A stretch of 32,567 nt of DNA, from assembly GCA_964357805.1 (NCBI GenBank), contig CAYHMS010000005.1, forward strand, positions 1 through 32,567, written 5' to 3'. Of the stretch, positions 7,996 through 17,734 are shown in pieces (within the stretch, counting starts at the first letter, position 1; every line of letters starts with the position of its first letter). The translations under genes were made by a program, and so were the position numbers. The notes below the pieces were generated by a model. That model ran no database searches. It was not told the origin of the DNA and saw nothing but the letters and a program-made list of their open reading frames with translations. This DNA is from an uncultured Candidatus Saccharibacteria bacterium (GTDB lineage: Bacteria > Patescibacteriota > Minisyncoccia > Phycocordibacterales > Phycocordibacteraceae).

Positions 7996-8031
7996 AAACA
8001 CACAACCGCCCTGGTGAGCGGTTGTGTGTTT
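7996..8031 (-). terminator. intrinsic terminator after rpsJ
   Basis: AAACACACAACCGC/GCGGTTGTGTGTTT 14-bp stem followed by U tract. Confidence 0.75.
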
Positions 8032-8049
8032 GTGTCTTGGCGGTCTTTG

Positions 8050-8490
8050 TTAAACCATTTTCACATCTATCGTGACTCCCGACGGAAGATTGAGGTTCGT
8101 GAGGGCCTCTATCACCTTCGGCGAAGGATTGAGGATGTCGATGAGGCGCTTATGGATGCGCATTTCGAACTGCTCGCGCGCGTCCTTATAGACGAAGGTG
8201 GAGCGGTTCACCGTCCAGCGCTTAATCTCGGTCGGCAACGGGACCGGCCCGACGACGACGGCGTCAAAGCGCGCAGCAGTGTCCATAATCTGCTTCACCG
8301 ACATATCCAGAATTTTGTGCTCATACGCCTTCACGCGGATGCGGAGCTTGTGCTCTGTCACTGGAGCGGCCGATGTCGCTTTCTTTTTCGGTACGACCTT
8401 CGCTCGCGGCGCCTTCGGCGCCGCGGCCTTCTTCACCGGGGTTTTCGCCTTCGGTTTTGCTTTTGGCTTCGTTGCCATTTTTGTTGGCAT
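8050..8490 (-). CDS. rpsJ: 30S ribosomal protein S10 with Lys/Ala/Pro-rich N-extension
   Basis: [36 protein letters not shown]. Confidence 0.97.
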   Translation of the reverse strand: MPTKMATKPKAKPKAKTPVKKAAAPKAPRAKVVPKKKATSAAPVTEHKLRIRVKAYEHKILDMSVKQIMDTAARFDAVVVGPVPLPTEIKRWTVNRSTFVYKDAREQFEMRIHKRLIDILNPSPKVIEALTNLNLPSGVTIDVKMV

Positions 8491-8513
8491 GTTGTCAGTG
8501 AGCCATTCGGAAC

Positions 8514-9713
<1,200 letters not shown>

Positions 9714-9831
9714 AGTAATCGGTTAAATTAATAAATCACGAATTAATATCCGACCGAGTCGGAAATACACTCCGGCTCGCTACTCATAACAGCAGACAAG
9801 CCAAAGAGCGACGCCAAGATGCGTTATAGGC

Positions 9832-9860
9832 ACTATACGAGAAGCGTTACGGAAATGCAA
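9832..9860 (-). promoter_or_regulatory. tuf promoter
   Basis: TTGCAT-17 nt-TATAGT. Confidence 0.75.
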
Positions 9861-10004
9861 CCCGCTAGGAGGAAAGGGGAGCATCCGGAGAACCAAATTT
9901 GAGTTTCTTCAAATCTTCAAGTTTCTGGGAAATTTCTATAGTATTAAAGATTTAGTTTTAATCCCACAATTCTACCACCAATCCAGACCAGAAATGCAAG
10001 GCCT

Positions 10005-10037
10005 TGAAAGTTAGGACATCGGATGTCCTAACTTTCA
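10005..10037. repeat. perfect 33-bp palindrome (16-bp arms, 1-nt centre)
   Basis: TGAAAGTTAGGACATC-G-GATGTCCTAACTTTCA, overlaps the stop codon of the HicA-like gene. Confidence 0.9.
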
Positions 10038-10295
10038 CTCGCCAAAACCGTTTTCTTTCCACCACACCAAGATGTCTTTCTTTTTGATTCCGAGACACAA
10101 AGAAACTTTTCTCGCCATTGAATCAGATGTGGGTAAAAGAAGTTCTTCGTTTCTTGAAGGAACGAGAACCGCGATTCCGTATTTCTCATGAGTCCACACC
10201 TGATCGTCGCCCTGATTGTTTTTCCACTTGTAACCAAAAGCTGTTAGAACCGCACGCCACTCATCAGCCCTGCGGTTCCGAAAAAAACGCGCCAT
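10035..10295 (-). CDS. HicA-like toxin (divergent)
   Basis: W..VL.AFGY.W..QGDDQVWTH....VLVP pattern, 86 aa, downstream of HicB-like gene. Confidence 0.6.
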   Translation of the reverse strand: MARFFRNRRADEWRAVLTAFGYKWKNNQGDDQVWTHEKYGIAVLVPSRNEELLLPTSDSMARKVSLCLGIKKKDILVWWKENGFGE

Positions 10296-10301
10296 GTGCA
10301 G

Positions 10302-10637
10302 TTATACCCCAAGAGCAAAATCGGGATGAAAGTTTTTAACGAAATTTGTCTCATATAGAACCCTGTCCATTGCGAAACGGCACAATATTTTAAATACAGT
10401 CCAATTGAAAAGAACACGGTACTTAAAAGGCAAGCCGACCTCCAAAGAGGGCGCTAGTTTATTATCGGCAACGACCGCTTCTACGAGAGTCTCAGTTGAA
10501 GAAATTATCGCGTCTCTCGCTTTCCCGAGCGTCTTACCGGAACGGACGATACCGGTCTCTTTACACATAGCTACATAACCATCCTCGTAAGGCATTGCGA
10601 GGAAGTTCAAAGTCAGATTTTCTATTTCTTTTTTCAT
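10302..10637 (-). CDS. HicB-like antitoxin
   Basis: Start ATG 10637; EDGYVAMCKETGIVRSGKTLGKARDAI resembles the HicB RNase H-like N-domain. Confidence 0.6.
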   Translation of the reverse strand: MKKEIENLTLNFLAMPYEDGYVAMCKETGIVRSGKTLGKARDAIISSTETLVEAVVADNKLAPSLEVGLPFKYRVLFNWTVFKILCRFAMDRVLYETNFVKNFHPDFALGV

Positions 10638-10674
10638 TGTAATGGATGGAGCGACGCCAAGATGCGTTGGCCTC

Positions 10675-10703
10675 ACTATACGCAAACTCTCTTCCAAATG
10701 CAA
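10675..10703 (-). promoter_or_regulatory. duplicate of tuf promoter driving the HicBA-like pair
   Basis: TTGCAT-17 nt-TATAGT plus an identical 20-nt leader block. Confidence 0.7.
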
Positions 10704-10780
10704 CTCTCTGCGGAAGTAAAGAAAATAGTATTTATCTACTCTCGGTATGTAAAAGGAAAGTGTGTGATACGATAGCTGGC

Positions 10781-11230
10781 ATGTGGCGCACCATTCAAAT
10801 ATGGCGACTTCTGCGGAAACTAAATAAGCAATCCCACGTGATGGAAGCAAGACATCCAGAACATGGAAAGAAAACCGGTTACCCATTTTCGGCCAGTCAT
10901 ATTGAAGTGAGTTTTTTGGAAGAAATCTCTGGAGGAGACCCAGAGAAAATGGTCAAATATAGAGACTATTTGTCCATCGCGGAAAACAATATGAAATTTC
11001 TTGAAAGTAAAGGTAGGCCAATGCCATGCCCGGACTGTGGATGTAACACCGGCCCGGAGACAAAATGGTTCCGTCTTAATGATGATGGACACGAGTTTCT
11101 TGGCGTATTTGACCTTTGCGAATACCTACTCAAAAAATACAAAGCTACTTGGGCGATACTAATTGTCCCACTCGTGACTGGCTATTTTCTCCCACACATT
11201 CTTGCTTTCTTTGCCTTGAAGATTGGATAA
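10781..11230 (+). CDS. hypothetical protein, CPDC motif and C-terminal TM helix
   Basis: Low-GC ORF; probable start ATG 10781 after TGaTACGAT; WAILIVPLVTGYFLPHILAFFAL. Confidence 0.6.
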   Translation: MWRTIQIWRLLRKLNKQSHVMEARHPEHGKKTGYPFSASHIEVSFLEEISGGDPEKMVKYRDYLSIAENNMKFLESKGRPMPCPDCGCNTGPETKWFRLNDDGHEFLGVFDLCEYLLKKYKATWAILIVPLVTGYFLPHILAFFALKIG

Positions 11231-11266
11231 ATCATACGGTACATAGGACTGCCCTATGTATTTGGA

Positions 11267-13414
11267 TTACTTCCTGCTCGCAATGATGTCAGCGGCAACG
11301 TTTGAAGGAACGGTATCGTAGTGGTCAAATTCCATGGTCATACTTCCGCGGCCTTCGGTCATAGAGCGGAGCGTCGTGGTGTAACCGAACATTTCGGAAA
11401 GAGGCACTTTGGCGCGCACGACTTTGTTGAGGCCGCGTTCGTCCATTCCCTCTATCTGACCGCGCTTGCCGGAGAGGTTCCCGGTGATGTCACCCATAAA
11501 CTGCTCGGGGACGATGACTTCAATACGCATAATCGGTTCAAGAATGACCGGCTTCGCTCTTTGCGCCGCCTCTTTAAACGCCATTGATGCGGCAATTTTG
11601 AAGGCGATTTCCGAAGAGTCCACATCGTGATACGAGCCGTCGTAGAGCTCTACCGATATATCCACCATCGGGAAGCCGGCGAGGAAGCCGCGTGCCATCG
11701 CCTCACGAATACCCTTCTCCACCGGAGCGATAAACTCCTGTGGCACCACACCTCCCTTGATGTTGTTGATAAATTCAAAATGGTCCTCGCGCGTAACGTT
11801 CTTAGAAACTTTCTTATCCGGGTCCACAGGCTCCATCTTCTTCATGCGAATCTTCACGTGACCATACTGACCGCGCCCGCCGGTCTGCTTGATGTACTTC
11901 CCTTCTGCCTCGGCGCTTCCGAGAATAGTCTCGCGGTACGCCACCTGCGGCTTACCCACATCCGCGACGACGCTGAATTCGCGCTTCATGCGTTCAACGA
12001 GGATTTCCAGATGCAATTCACCCATGCCGGAAATGATGGTCTCACCGGTCTCGTCGTCGGTCTTGATACGGAAGGTCGGGTCCTCGTCCGAGAGTTTGCG
12101 GAGCGCGACACCCATCTTCTCCTGGTCGGCCTTTGTCTTGGGCTCAATGCGGAGCGACACCACTGGCTCGGGGAATTTAATTTCTTCAAGCATAATCGGA
12201 TTCGCTTCGTCGCAGAGCGTGTGCGAAGTCTTCGTATCTTTGAGGCCAACAGCCGCGGCTATTTCGCCTGTAAATACTTGTGCGACTTCTTCGCGTTTGT
12301 CCGCCTGGAGTCGAACAATGCGGCTGATGCGCTCCTTGGAGCCGGTCGTGGAGTTGTAGACATACGAGCCGGCGGTGAGTGTGCCGGAATAGACGCGGAA
12401 GAAGGTCAATGCGCCGACGAAGGGATCGGTCTGGAGTTTGAAAGCGAGGGCGCAGAAGGGCTCATCGTCGGAGGCATGACGCTCTATCGGTTCGCCGGTT
12501 TTCGGATTGGTGCCAGTGGCGGGGTTGAGGTCCACAGGCGACGGGAGATAATCCACCACGGCATCAAGCACGAGCTGTACGCCTTTATTCTTTAAAGCCG
12601 AGCCGGTGTAGACCGGAAAAATTTCATTATTGATAACCGCTTTGCGCAAAATTGCTTTTAGTTCATCGAGCGGCGGTTCTTTGCCCTCCAGATATGTTCC
12701 CATTGCTACGTCATCTTGTTCGACGATGCGCTCAATGAGTGCAGCGCGATACTTCTTCGCATCCGCGAGAAGCACAGACGGTATCTCGCCTTCAATAACT
12801 TCCTCACCCATGTTCCCCAAGAAGGTGTATGCCTTCATCGTGAGCAGGTCAATGACGCCCTCGTGCGCCGCCTCTTCGCCGATGGGAATCTGCATACGAA
12901 TTGCCTTCGGCGAAAGCCGGTCAAGGATGCTCGCGTAGGAACTCTCAAATGATGCGCCGGTGCGGTCCAATTTATTGATGAAACAGACGCGCGGCACTTT
13001 CGCTTCGTCGGCATAGCGCCAGTTGGTCTCGGACTGCGGCTCCACGCCTGCGACACCGTCGAAGACGACGATAGCACCGTCGAGCACGCGCATTGAGCGC
13101 TTCACTTCGGCGGTGAAGTCGATGTGCCCGGGCGTATCAATAATATTGAAACGAAATTTCTTCGCCGTATCCTTCTTGTCTTTCTCGCCCGTTGTCGTCC
13201 AGAAGCAGGTAATAGCGGCTGAAGTGATGGTGATGCCGCGCTCGCGCTCCTGCTCCATCCAGTCGGTGGTGGTATCGCCTTCGTGTACCTCGCCGATTTT
13301 ATGCTGGCTGCCCGTATAGAAAAGGATGCGTTCGCTCACAGTCGTCTTCCCCGCGTCGATGTGCGCGATGATGCCGAAATTTCTTACTTTCTCAAGCGGA
13401 TAATCGCGGTTCAT
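11267..13414 (-). CDS. fusA: elongation factor G
   Basis: [40 protein letters not shown]. Confidence 0.99.
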   Translation of the reverse strand: MNRDYPLEKVRNFGIIAHIDAGKTTVSERILFYTGSQHKIGEVHEGDTTTDWMEQERERGITITSAAITCFWTTTGEKDKKDTAKKFRFNIIDTPGHIDFTAEVKRSMRVLDGAIVVFDGVAGVEPQSETNWRYADEAKVPRVCFINKLDRTGASFESSYASILDRLSPKAIRMQIPIGEEAAHEGVIDLLTMKAYTFLGNMGEEVIEGEIPSVLLADAKKYRAALIERIVEQDDVAMGTYLEGKEPPLDELKAILRKAVINNEIFPVYTGSALKNKGVQLVLDAVVDYLPSPVDLNPATGTNPKTGEPIERHASDDEPFCALAFKLQTDPFVGALTFFRVYSGTLTAGSYVYNSTTGSKERISRIVRLQADKREEVAQVFTGEIAAAVGLKDTKTSHTLCDEANPIMLEEIKFPEPVVSLRIEPKTKADQEKMGVALRKLSDEDPTFRIKTDDETGETIISGMGELHLEILVERMKREFSVVADVGKPQVAYRETILGSAEAEGKYIKQTGGRGQYGHVKIRMKKMEPVDPDKKVSKNVTREDHFEFINNIKGGVVPQEFIAPVEKGIREAMARGFLAGFPMVDISVELYDGSYHDVDSSEIAFKIAASMAFKEAAQRAKPVILEPIMRIEVIVPEQFMGDITGNLSGKRGQIEGMDERGLNKVVRAKVPLSEMFGYTTTLRSMTEGRGSMTMEFDHYDTVPSNVAADIIASRK

Positions 13415-13429
13415 AATTAAAAAAACGGT

Positions 13430-13894
13430 TTACCAAGCAAAATGGGCGAAGGCCTTGTTGGCTTCCGCCATGCGGTGCATTTCGTCCTTCTTTTTAACCG
13501 CATCGCCTTCGTTTTTAGAGGCGAGGAGGAGTTCGGCGGCGAGCTTCTCCGCCATCGGCTTCCCCTTCTTATTACGAGCGGCAGTGATAAGCCAACGGAA
13601 GGAGAGCGCGAGGCGGCGCGCCTGCGGGACTTCGCGCGGGACCTGATAGTTGGCGCCGCCGACGCGGCGCGAGCGCACCTCCATCAATGGCGAAACATTG
13701 CGGAGCGCCGCTTCGAATGTTTCCAAAGGATTCGAACCGCCTTTCTCAATAGAGGCGAGTGCATCATAGACAACAGCGCGCGCCGTATCCTTCTTACCGC
13801 TCCACATAACCGTATTGATAAAACGAGTGAGCGTTTCCGAACCGTAGGTGAGGTCGGCTCGCCAGACACGCTTCTTTTTAAGAGGGCGGCGCAT
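13430..13894 (-). CDS. rpsG: 30S ribosomal protein S7
   Basis: EVRSRRVGGANYQVP..HRMAEANKAFAHF. Confidence 0.98.
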   Translation of the reverse strand: MRRPLKKKRVWRADLTYGSETLTRFINTVMWSGKKDTARAVVYDALASIEKGGSNPLETFEAALRNVSPLMEVRSRRVGGANYQVPREVPQARRLALSFRWLITAARNKKGKPMAEKLAAELLLASKNEGDAVKKKDEMHRMAEANKAFAHFAW

Positions 13895-13896
13895 AC

Positions 13897-14310
13897 TTAT
13901 TTAGCAGACGGGCGCTTCGTGCCGTAGCGCGAACGAGAACGGCGACGCTTCTCGAGACCACTCGTGTCGAGCTTACCGCGCACGATGGTGTACTGGACAC
14001 CGATGTCCTTCACACGGCCGCCGCGAAGCATCACGACCGAGTGTTCTTGCAGATTGTGTCCCTCGCCTGGTATGTAGGCAGTGACCTCCATACCGTTGGT
14101 GAGGCGGACGCGAGCGATCTTACGTATAGCAGAGTTCGGCTTCCTCGGCGTCTTCGTAGTTACTTTAGTGCAAACGCCGCGTTTGAAGGGCGACGGATAA
14201 AACGTCGGACGATTCGAAAGCGCATTAAAACCGCGCGCCAGCGCGGGCTTGCTCGTCTTAGACGATTTGGTTGTGCGTCCTCTCTTGGAGAGTTGATTGA
14301 TGGTGGCCAT
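13897..14310 (-). CDS. rpsL: 30S ribosomal protein S12
   Basis: [36 protein letters not shown]. Confidence 0.98.
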   Translation of the reverse strand: MATINQLSKRGRTTKSSKTSKPALARGFNALSNRPTFYPSPFKRGVCTKVTTKTPRKPNSAIRKIARVRLTNGMEVTAYIPGEGHNLQEHSVVMLRGGRVKDIGVQYTIVRGKLDTSGLEKRRRSRSRYGTKRPSAK

Positions 14311-14341
14311 TTATAAAACCCGCAAGTTGCGGGATGCAGAT

Positions 14342-14370
14342 ACTATATATAAAGATGTATAAGAACGCAA
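14342..14370 (-). promoter_or_regulatory. str operon promoter
   Basis: TTGCGT-17 nt-TATAGT. Confidence 0.7.
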
Positions 14371-14381
14371 CTCGCGGGTTT

Positions 14382-14410
14382 AGGAGCAGGAGGCAGGAGC
14401 AGTAAGCAGG
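14382..14410. repeat. GCAGNNN-type 6/7-mer array, left arm
   Basis: aggagcaggaggcaggagcagtaagcagg directly abutting the four-helix-bundle stop codon. Confidence 0.85.
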
Positions 14411-14764
14411 TTAATCCCTAAGAACACGAGAAAGACCATACAACATACGACCGATCTCTTCAGTAAGTTCAAGTGTTTTCCCATATGCAAAACGCGGATA
14501 TACGCTCTGTGCGAGCAAGATTTGTGTCTCCAGTTCGGAAAGAGACCCGTGGGCAATAGAAACAAAATGTGCGTAATCCTTCTTGGAACCACGACGGTAT
14601 CCCTCTGCAATGTTTGAGGGAATTGAAACAGCCGCCCTTTTCATTTGGTCACAAAGACCGAACTGTTCTTTCTGTGGAAACTTTTCAGTTAACGCGTAAA
14701 TCTCGCGCGCAAGTTCCATGGCTTTTTGCCAAACTGACAGTGATTGATATCCTTTCGTTTGCAT
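14411..14764 (-). CDS. four-helix-bundle protein (23S rRNA IVP / Avd-like family)
   Basis: Start ATG 14764; L.VWQKAM.L..EIY.LT.KFP..E.FGL.DQMKRAAVSIPSNIAEG..A.GSLSELETQ. Confidence 0.92.
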   Translation of the reverse strand: MQTKGYQSLSVWQKAMELAREIYALTEKFPQKEQFGLCDQMKRAAVSIPSNIAEGYRRGSKKDYAHFVSIAHGSLSELETQILLAQSVYPRFAYGKTLELTEEIGRMLYGLSRVLRD

Positions 14765-14770
14765 ACTGTT

Positions 14771-14804
14771 TCCTGCCTCCTGCTCCTGCTTACTGCTCAC
14801 TACT
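14771..14804. repeat. GCAGNNN-type array, right arm (inverted)
   Basis: tcctgcctcctgctcctgcttactgctcactact. Confidence 0.85.
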
Positions 14805-15555
14805 ATTCTATAGGCTCTCTATAGGGGTCGGCTGAATAAACCTTGAGCGGAGGTGGGGCAACGAGTACGGGGGGAGAAACGGGTTTCGGCGGTGTTGGAG
14901 GGGGAATAATGGGAGGTTTTGGCGTAAGTGGCGGATGCAGTATCGCACCTGGGAGATTCTGGGGCGGCGGTACTGTTTTTCTAAATTCAATATGGGGCTC
15001 TTCATGGTCCTCAAGCAGTTTTTCGCCAGTGACCGATGCTAAAACATTTCTCAAATCAGAACGTTGGACTGACACCGTGCCCTTCGTAGTCGGCGAGCTT
15101 GCCGACGAAGTAGGGGGACGCGTGATTGGTATCTTATTTTCCAAATGAAAATAGCTCGGCGACTGCGGGGGCGGTCCTACTACGCCAGGGGCTACAGAAG
15201 GACGCGGCCCCACCACACCCGTCGGTGGCGGCGCTTTTTTCATCTCCTCTCGCAACGGCACAAAGATTTGTGTATTCACCTCCTGTACGATGCTGTCGAG
15301 AGTTTGTTTATCAAGATTTGCTTCTTCTACGAGCGATTGAACGAACTCTGTAGAATCTTTGAGTCCAAGTAGAAGCAGAATGAGCTCACGCTCTACAACT
15401 GCCGCCTGGTCGATATGCAGCCGATTCTTCTGCATGAGATTCTTTGCGACAGTTTCCAGTTTACCGTTTGTAAAAACAGCACGTACCGGCGGCGGTACTT
15501 CTTTGAGCAATTCTTTTATATCGCTCTCGAGTGTTGAATCAAAAGGTGTGTCCAT
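14803..15555 (-). CDS. Parcubacteria-type hypothetical protein, Pro-rich linker, C-terminal DPYREP motif
   Basis: Helical N-domain (LHIDQ..E..L.LLGL), ends YSADPYREPIE. Confidence 0.8.
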   Translation of the reverse strand: MDTPFDSTLESDIKELLKEVPPPVRAVFTNGKLETVAKNLMQKNRLHIDQAAVVERELILLLLGLKDSTEFVQSLVEEANLDKQTLDSIVQEVNTQIFVPLREEMKKAPPPTGVVGPRPSVAPGVVGPPPQSPSYFHLENKIPITRPPTSSASSPTTKGTVSVQRSDLRNVLASVTGEKLLEDHEEPHIEFRKTVPPPQNLPGAILHPPLTPKPPIIPPPTPPKPVSPPVLVAPPPLKVYSADPYREPIE

Positions 15556-15564
15556 ACATCAATA

Positions 15565-17733
15565 CTACGGTGTCGCGGTCCCTCCGCTTGCTGACGGCGT
15601 TGCCGTTGGTGCCGGTGCCGGAGTCGCACCGGGTTGTGTTATTGCTCCTTTCTTAATGAGGTCCACTAGAAGTTCGGCATCTTTTTGTTCTTTTGATTTA
15701 CCTGCATTCTTAATGATATTCTCTGCGGCTTTTGTGTTCCTGTAGAGAATCTTCCCGGGACCCCACTGGATATTCCTGGCGTACTCGAGTTGTGGAGCCT
15801 TCGCAAAATCAGCGGCTCGCTTCTTCGCCGCATTCATTTTCTCAGTATTGTCATTAACTTTTTTGTCATGCTCTCTTTTCAGCGTTTCACGTTCCTTATT
15901 TTGTTCATCACGTTTCTGTTGACCACCAAGAAGCGCAGTATTAAGAGCGAGTTGCGCTCGGTCAATCTCTCCTCTATTCCCTGTAGCTTCAGCCGCTTTA
16001 AGCGCATTACGTTTTGCATCAACATCAGTATTGAATGGCTTCAGAGCAGCCGTATGTTGCGCACGAAGGGCTCCCATTTCAATTTCATTTTGATCTTTAA
16101 TAGTTTTCCCCAATTCTTCCAGTTTCTCTGCGAGCACTTTTTCTGCGGCTACCTTTTCCTTTTCTTCCTTGGTCATTTCGAGCGTAGCTGCATATTTCTC
16201 GCGTCCCTCAATAGCTTCTTTCAATTGCTGGCGGTACCCACCTTTTTGCGGAGTTCCGAGATCAATAGAAGAACCGAAAGGAAGATTCTTCAGAGGTTGA
16301 GCGCCGCGTATGTCAAAACTGGCCTTTGCGCCATAATCAAGTACACCACCGAGAGATCGCCCAACAATCGGGATATTTTTAAGCCTGTTGCTTTGGCGTA
16401 GTTTCCGAGATGCCGCTTCGAATCCCCATCCGGCAGTCGTGCGCAATCCTGCTGCGGTAAGCCCGAAGGTGAGCTTGCCGGCGGTTTTTGTTGCCCAGTC
16501 GCCGCCGAAGGCGGACCACCGCTTCGCGTAGACGATGACGGCGAGCAGGAGTCCCATCGCGACGAGGAATGAAAGTATCATGCTCGCGAAGCCGGCTAAA
16601 TCATTACCACTCACAAATCCTACCCAATTTTTTGTGCAGGGTCCGCTACCGCAAAAACCGGTGAGAAATTGAGCATCAGTGATAACGGCGAGGGCTATGT
16701 AGAGCATCATGAGCAGGATGGGCGCAGTGATAGTTTGTTCAAAAATGTTGGTCCACCATTTTTTAGCGAGGTTGGCGAATCCAGGTATTGCGAGACCTGC
16801 GAAGCCGAGTGGCGATGAAATAATGAGAAATACGAGTGCGACGAAACGCGCGATGAGTATGAACGCGAGCGAGAACAGCACGAATGCGGTGACGATGAAA
16901 AGTATGATGCCCATAAAACCAATGAGCCACGTGTTTCCACCTTTAAATACTTCTGGTCTCACTCTACCTGCAGTATAGATGGTCTGGAGTCCTAATTGCC
17001 CCATAATCTTGTTCGAAACACCATCTCTTTCAATTTGCTGCATAAAAGTCGTGTCGCGCATATAGGATGACGTCGGCAAACTACCGCCTTTAATCTGCGT
17101 ATAAAATTGCGTCGCGAAGAGGTTGCCGGTATCAACGATTGCTTCGGCTATGAAAAGAGAAAAGTTAAGGAAGATTGCCGCGACGAACATCATCGGGAGC
17201 ATTTTTTTTGAAACGCCATACCAGTCCACGTTCAGGATGGTGGTGATGCCGACAGAAAGGAAACCGAATATGAGCATAATGTTGCCGATGTCGCGCAGGA
17301 TGCGCCAGGTGACGCCGACGGCGGAGAGCCGATTCACATACTCCCCCATCGTGACGACGGTGTAGTACACCGCATAATCCAACGTAATCGCCGCGACGCC
17401 GACGAGCCACGCGAAGAGCGACATAATCCACGCCATAATTGTGCCAAACCCCTCTATGCTCGCTGGAGTTGCTGGTAAATCGGTTCTCGTGTTTGCGGCG
17501 GCGGGGTCGATCGGTGTACCAGCAGTGGTCTCCGCTGGAATACAGCCCGCATTCGCATCATACTGATAGCCGTATGCGCATGTTTCCGTTCCTGTCTGAA
17601 TGGGCTGACAACCATCATTTTCATCGTAGTTATATCCAGTTGGACAAGTTTGCGCATGCGCGGCGGGCGCTGCGCCCGCCGCGCTCACGAAGAGCGCGAG
17701 AGCGATGAACGATATGCTTAAGAAGCGCCGCAT
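15565..17733 (-). CDS. polytopic membrane protein, VirB6/TrbL-like, with coiled-coil C-tail
   Basis: Start ATG 17733 with signal peptide (AAHA|Q); W.ILRDIGN, AIFLNFSLFI..IVD.GN, R.VALVFL.I.SPLGF, WW motifs. Confidence 0.7.
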   Translation of the reverse strand: MRRFLSISFIALALFVSAAGAAPAAHAQTCPTGYNYDENDGCQPIQTGTETCAYGYQYDANAGCIPAETTAGTPIDPAAANTRTDLPATPASIEGFGTIMAWIMSLFAWLVGVAAITLDYAVYYTVVTMGEYVNRLSAVGVTWRILRDIGNIMLIFGFLSVGITTILNVDWYGVSKKMLPMMFVAAIFLNFSLFIAEAIVDTGNLFATQFYTQIKGGSLPTSSYMRDTTFMQQIERDGVSNKIMGQLGLQTIYTAGRVRPEVFKGGNTWLIGFMGIILFIVTAFVLFSLAFILIARFVALVFLIISSPLGFAGLAIPGFANLAKKWWTNIFEQTITAPILLMMLYIALAVITDAQFLTGFCGSGPCTKNWVGFVSGNDLAGFASMILSFLVAMGLLLAVIVYAKRWSAFGGDWATKTAGKLTFGLTAAGLRTTAGWGFEAASRKLRQSNRLKNIPIVGRSLGGVLDYGAKASFDIRGAQPLKNLPFGSSIDLGTPQKGGYRQQLKEAIEGREKYAATLEMTKEEKEKVAAEKVLAEKLEELGKTIKDQNEIEMGALRAQHTAALKPFNTDVDAKRNALKAAEATGNRGEIDRAQLALNTALLGGQQKRDEQNKERETLKREHDKKVNDNTEKMNAAKKRAADFAKAPQLEYARNIQWGPGKILYRNTKAAENIIKNAGKSKEQKDAELLVDLIKKGAITQPGATPAPAPTATPSASGGTATP

Positions 17734-17734
17734 A

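Noticed and set aside
14411-14764. Diversity-generating retroelement (Avd-like gene)
   Set aside because: No reverse transcriptase and no TR/VR pair with adenine-specific mismatches seen in the window.
14843-15230. Pro-rich low-complexity stretch as a tandem repeat element
   Set aside because: Protein-level linker without regular DNA periodicity.
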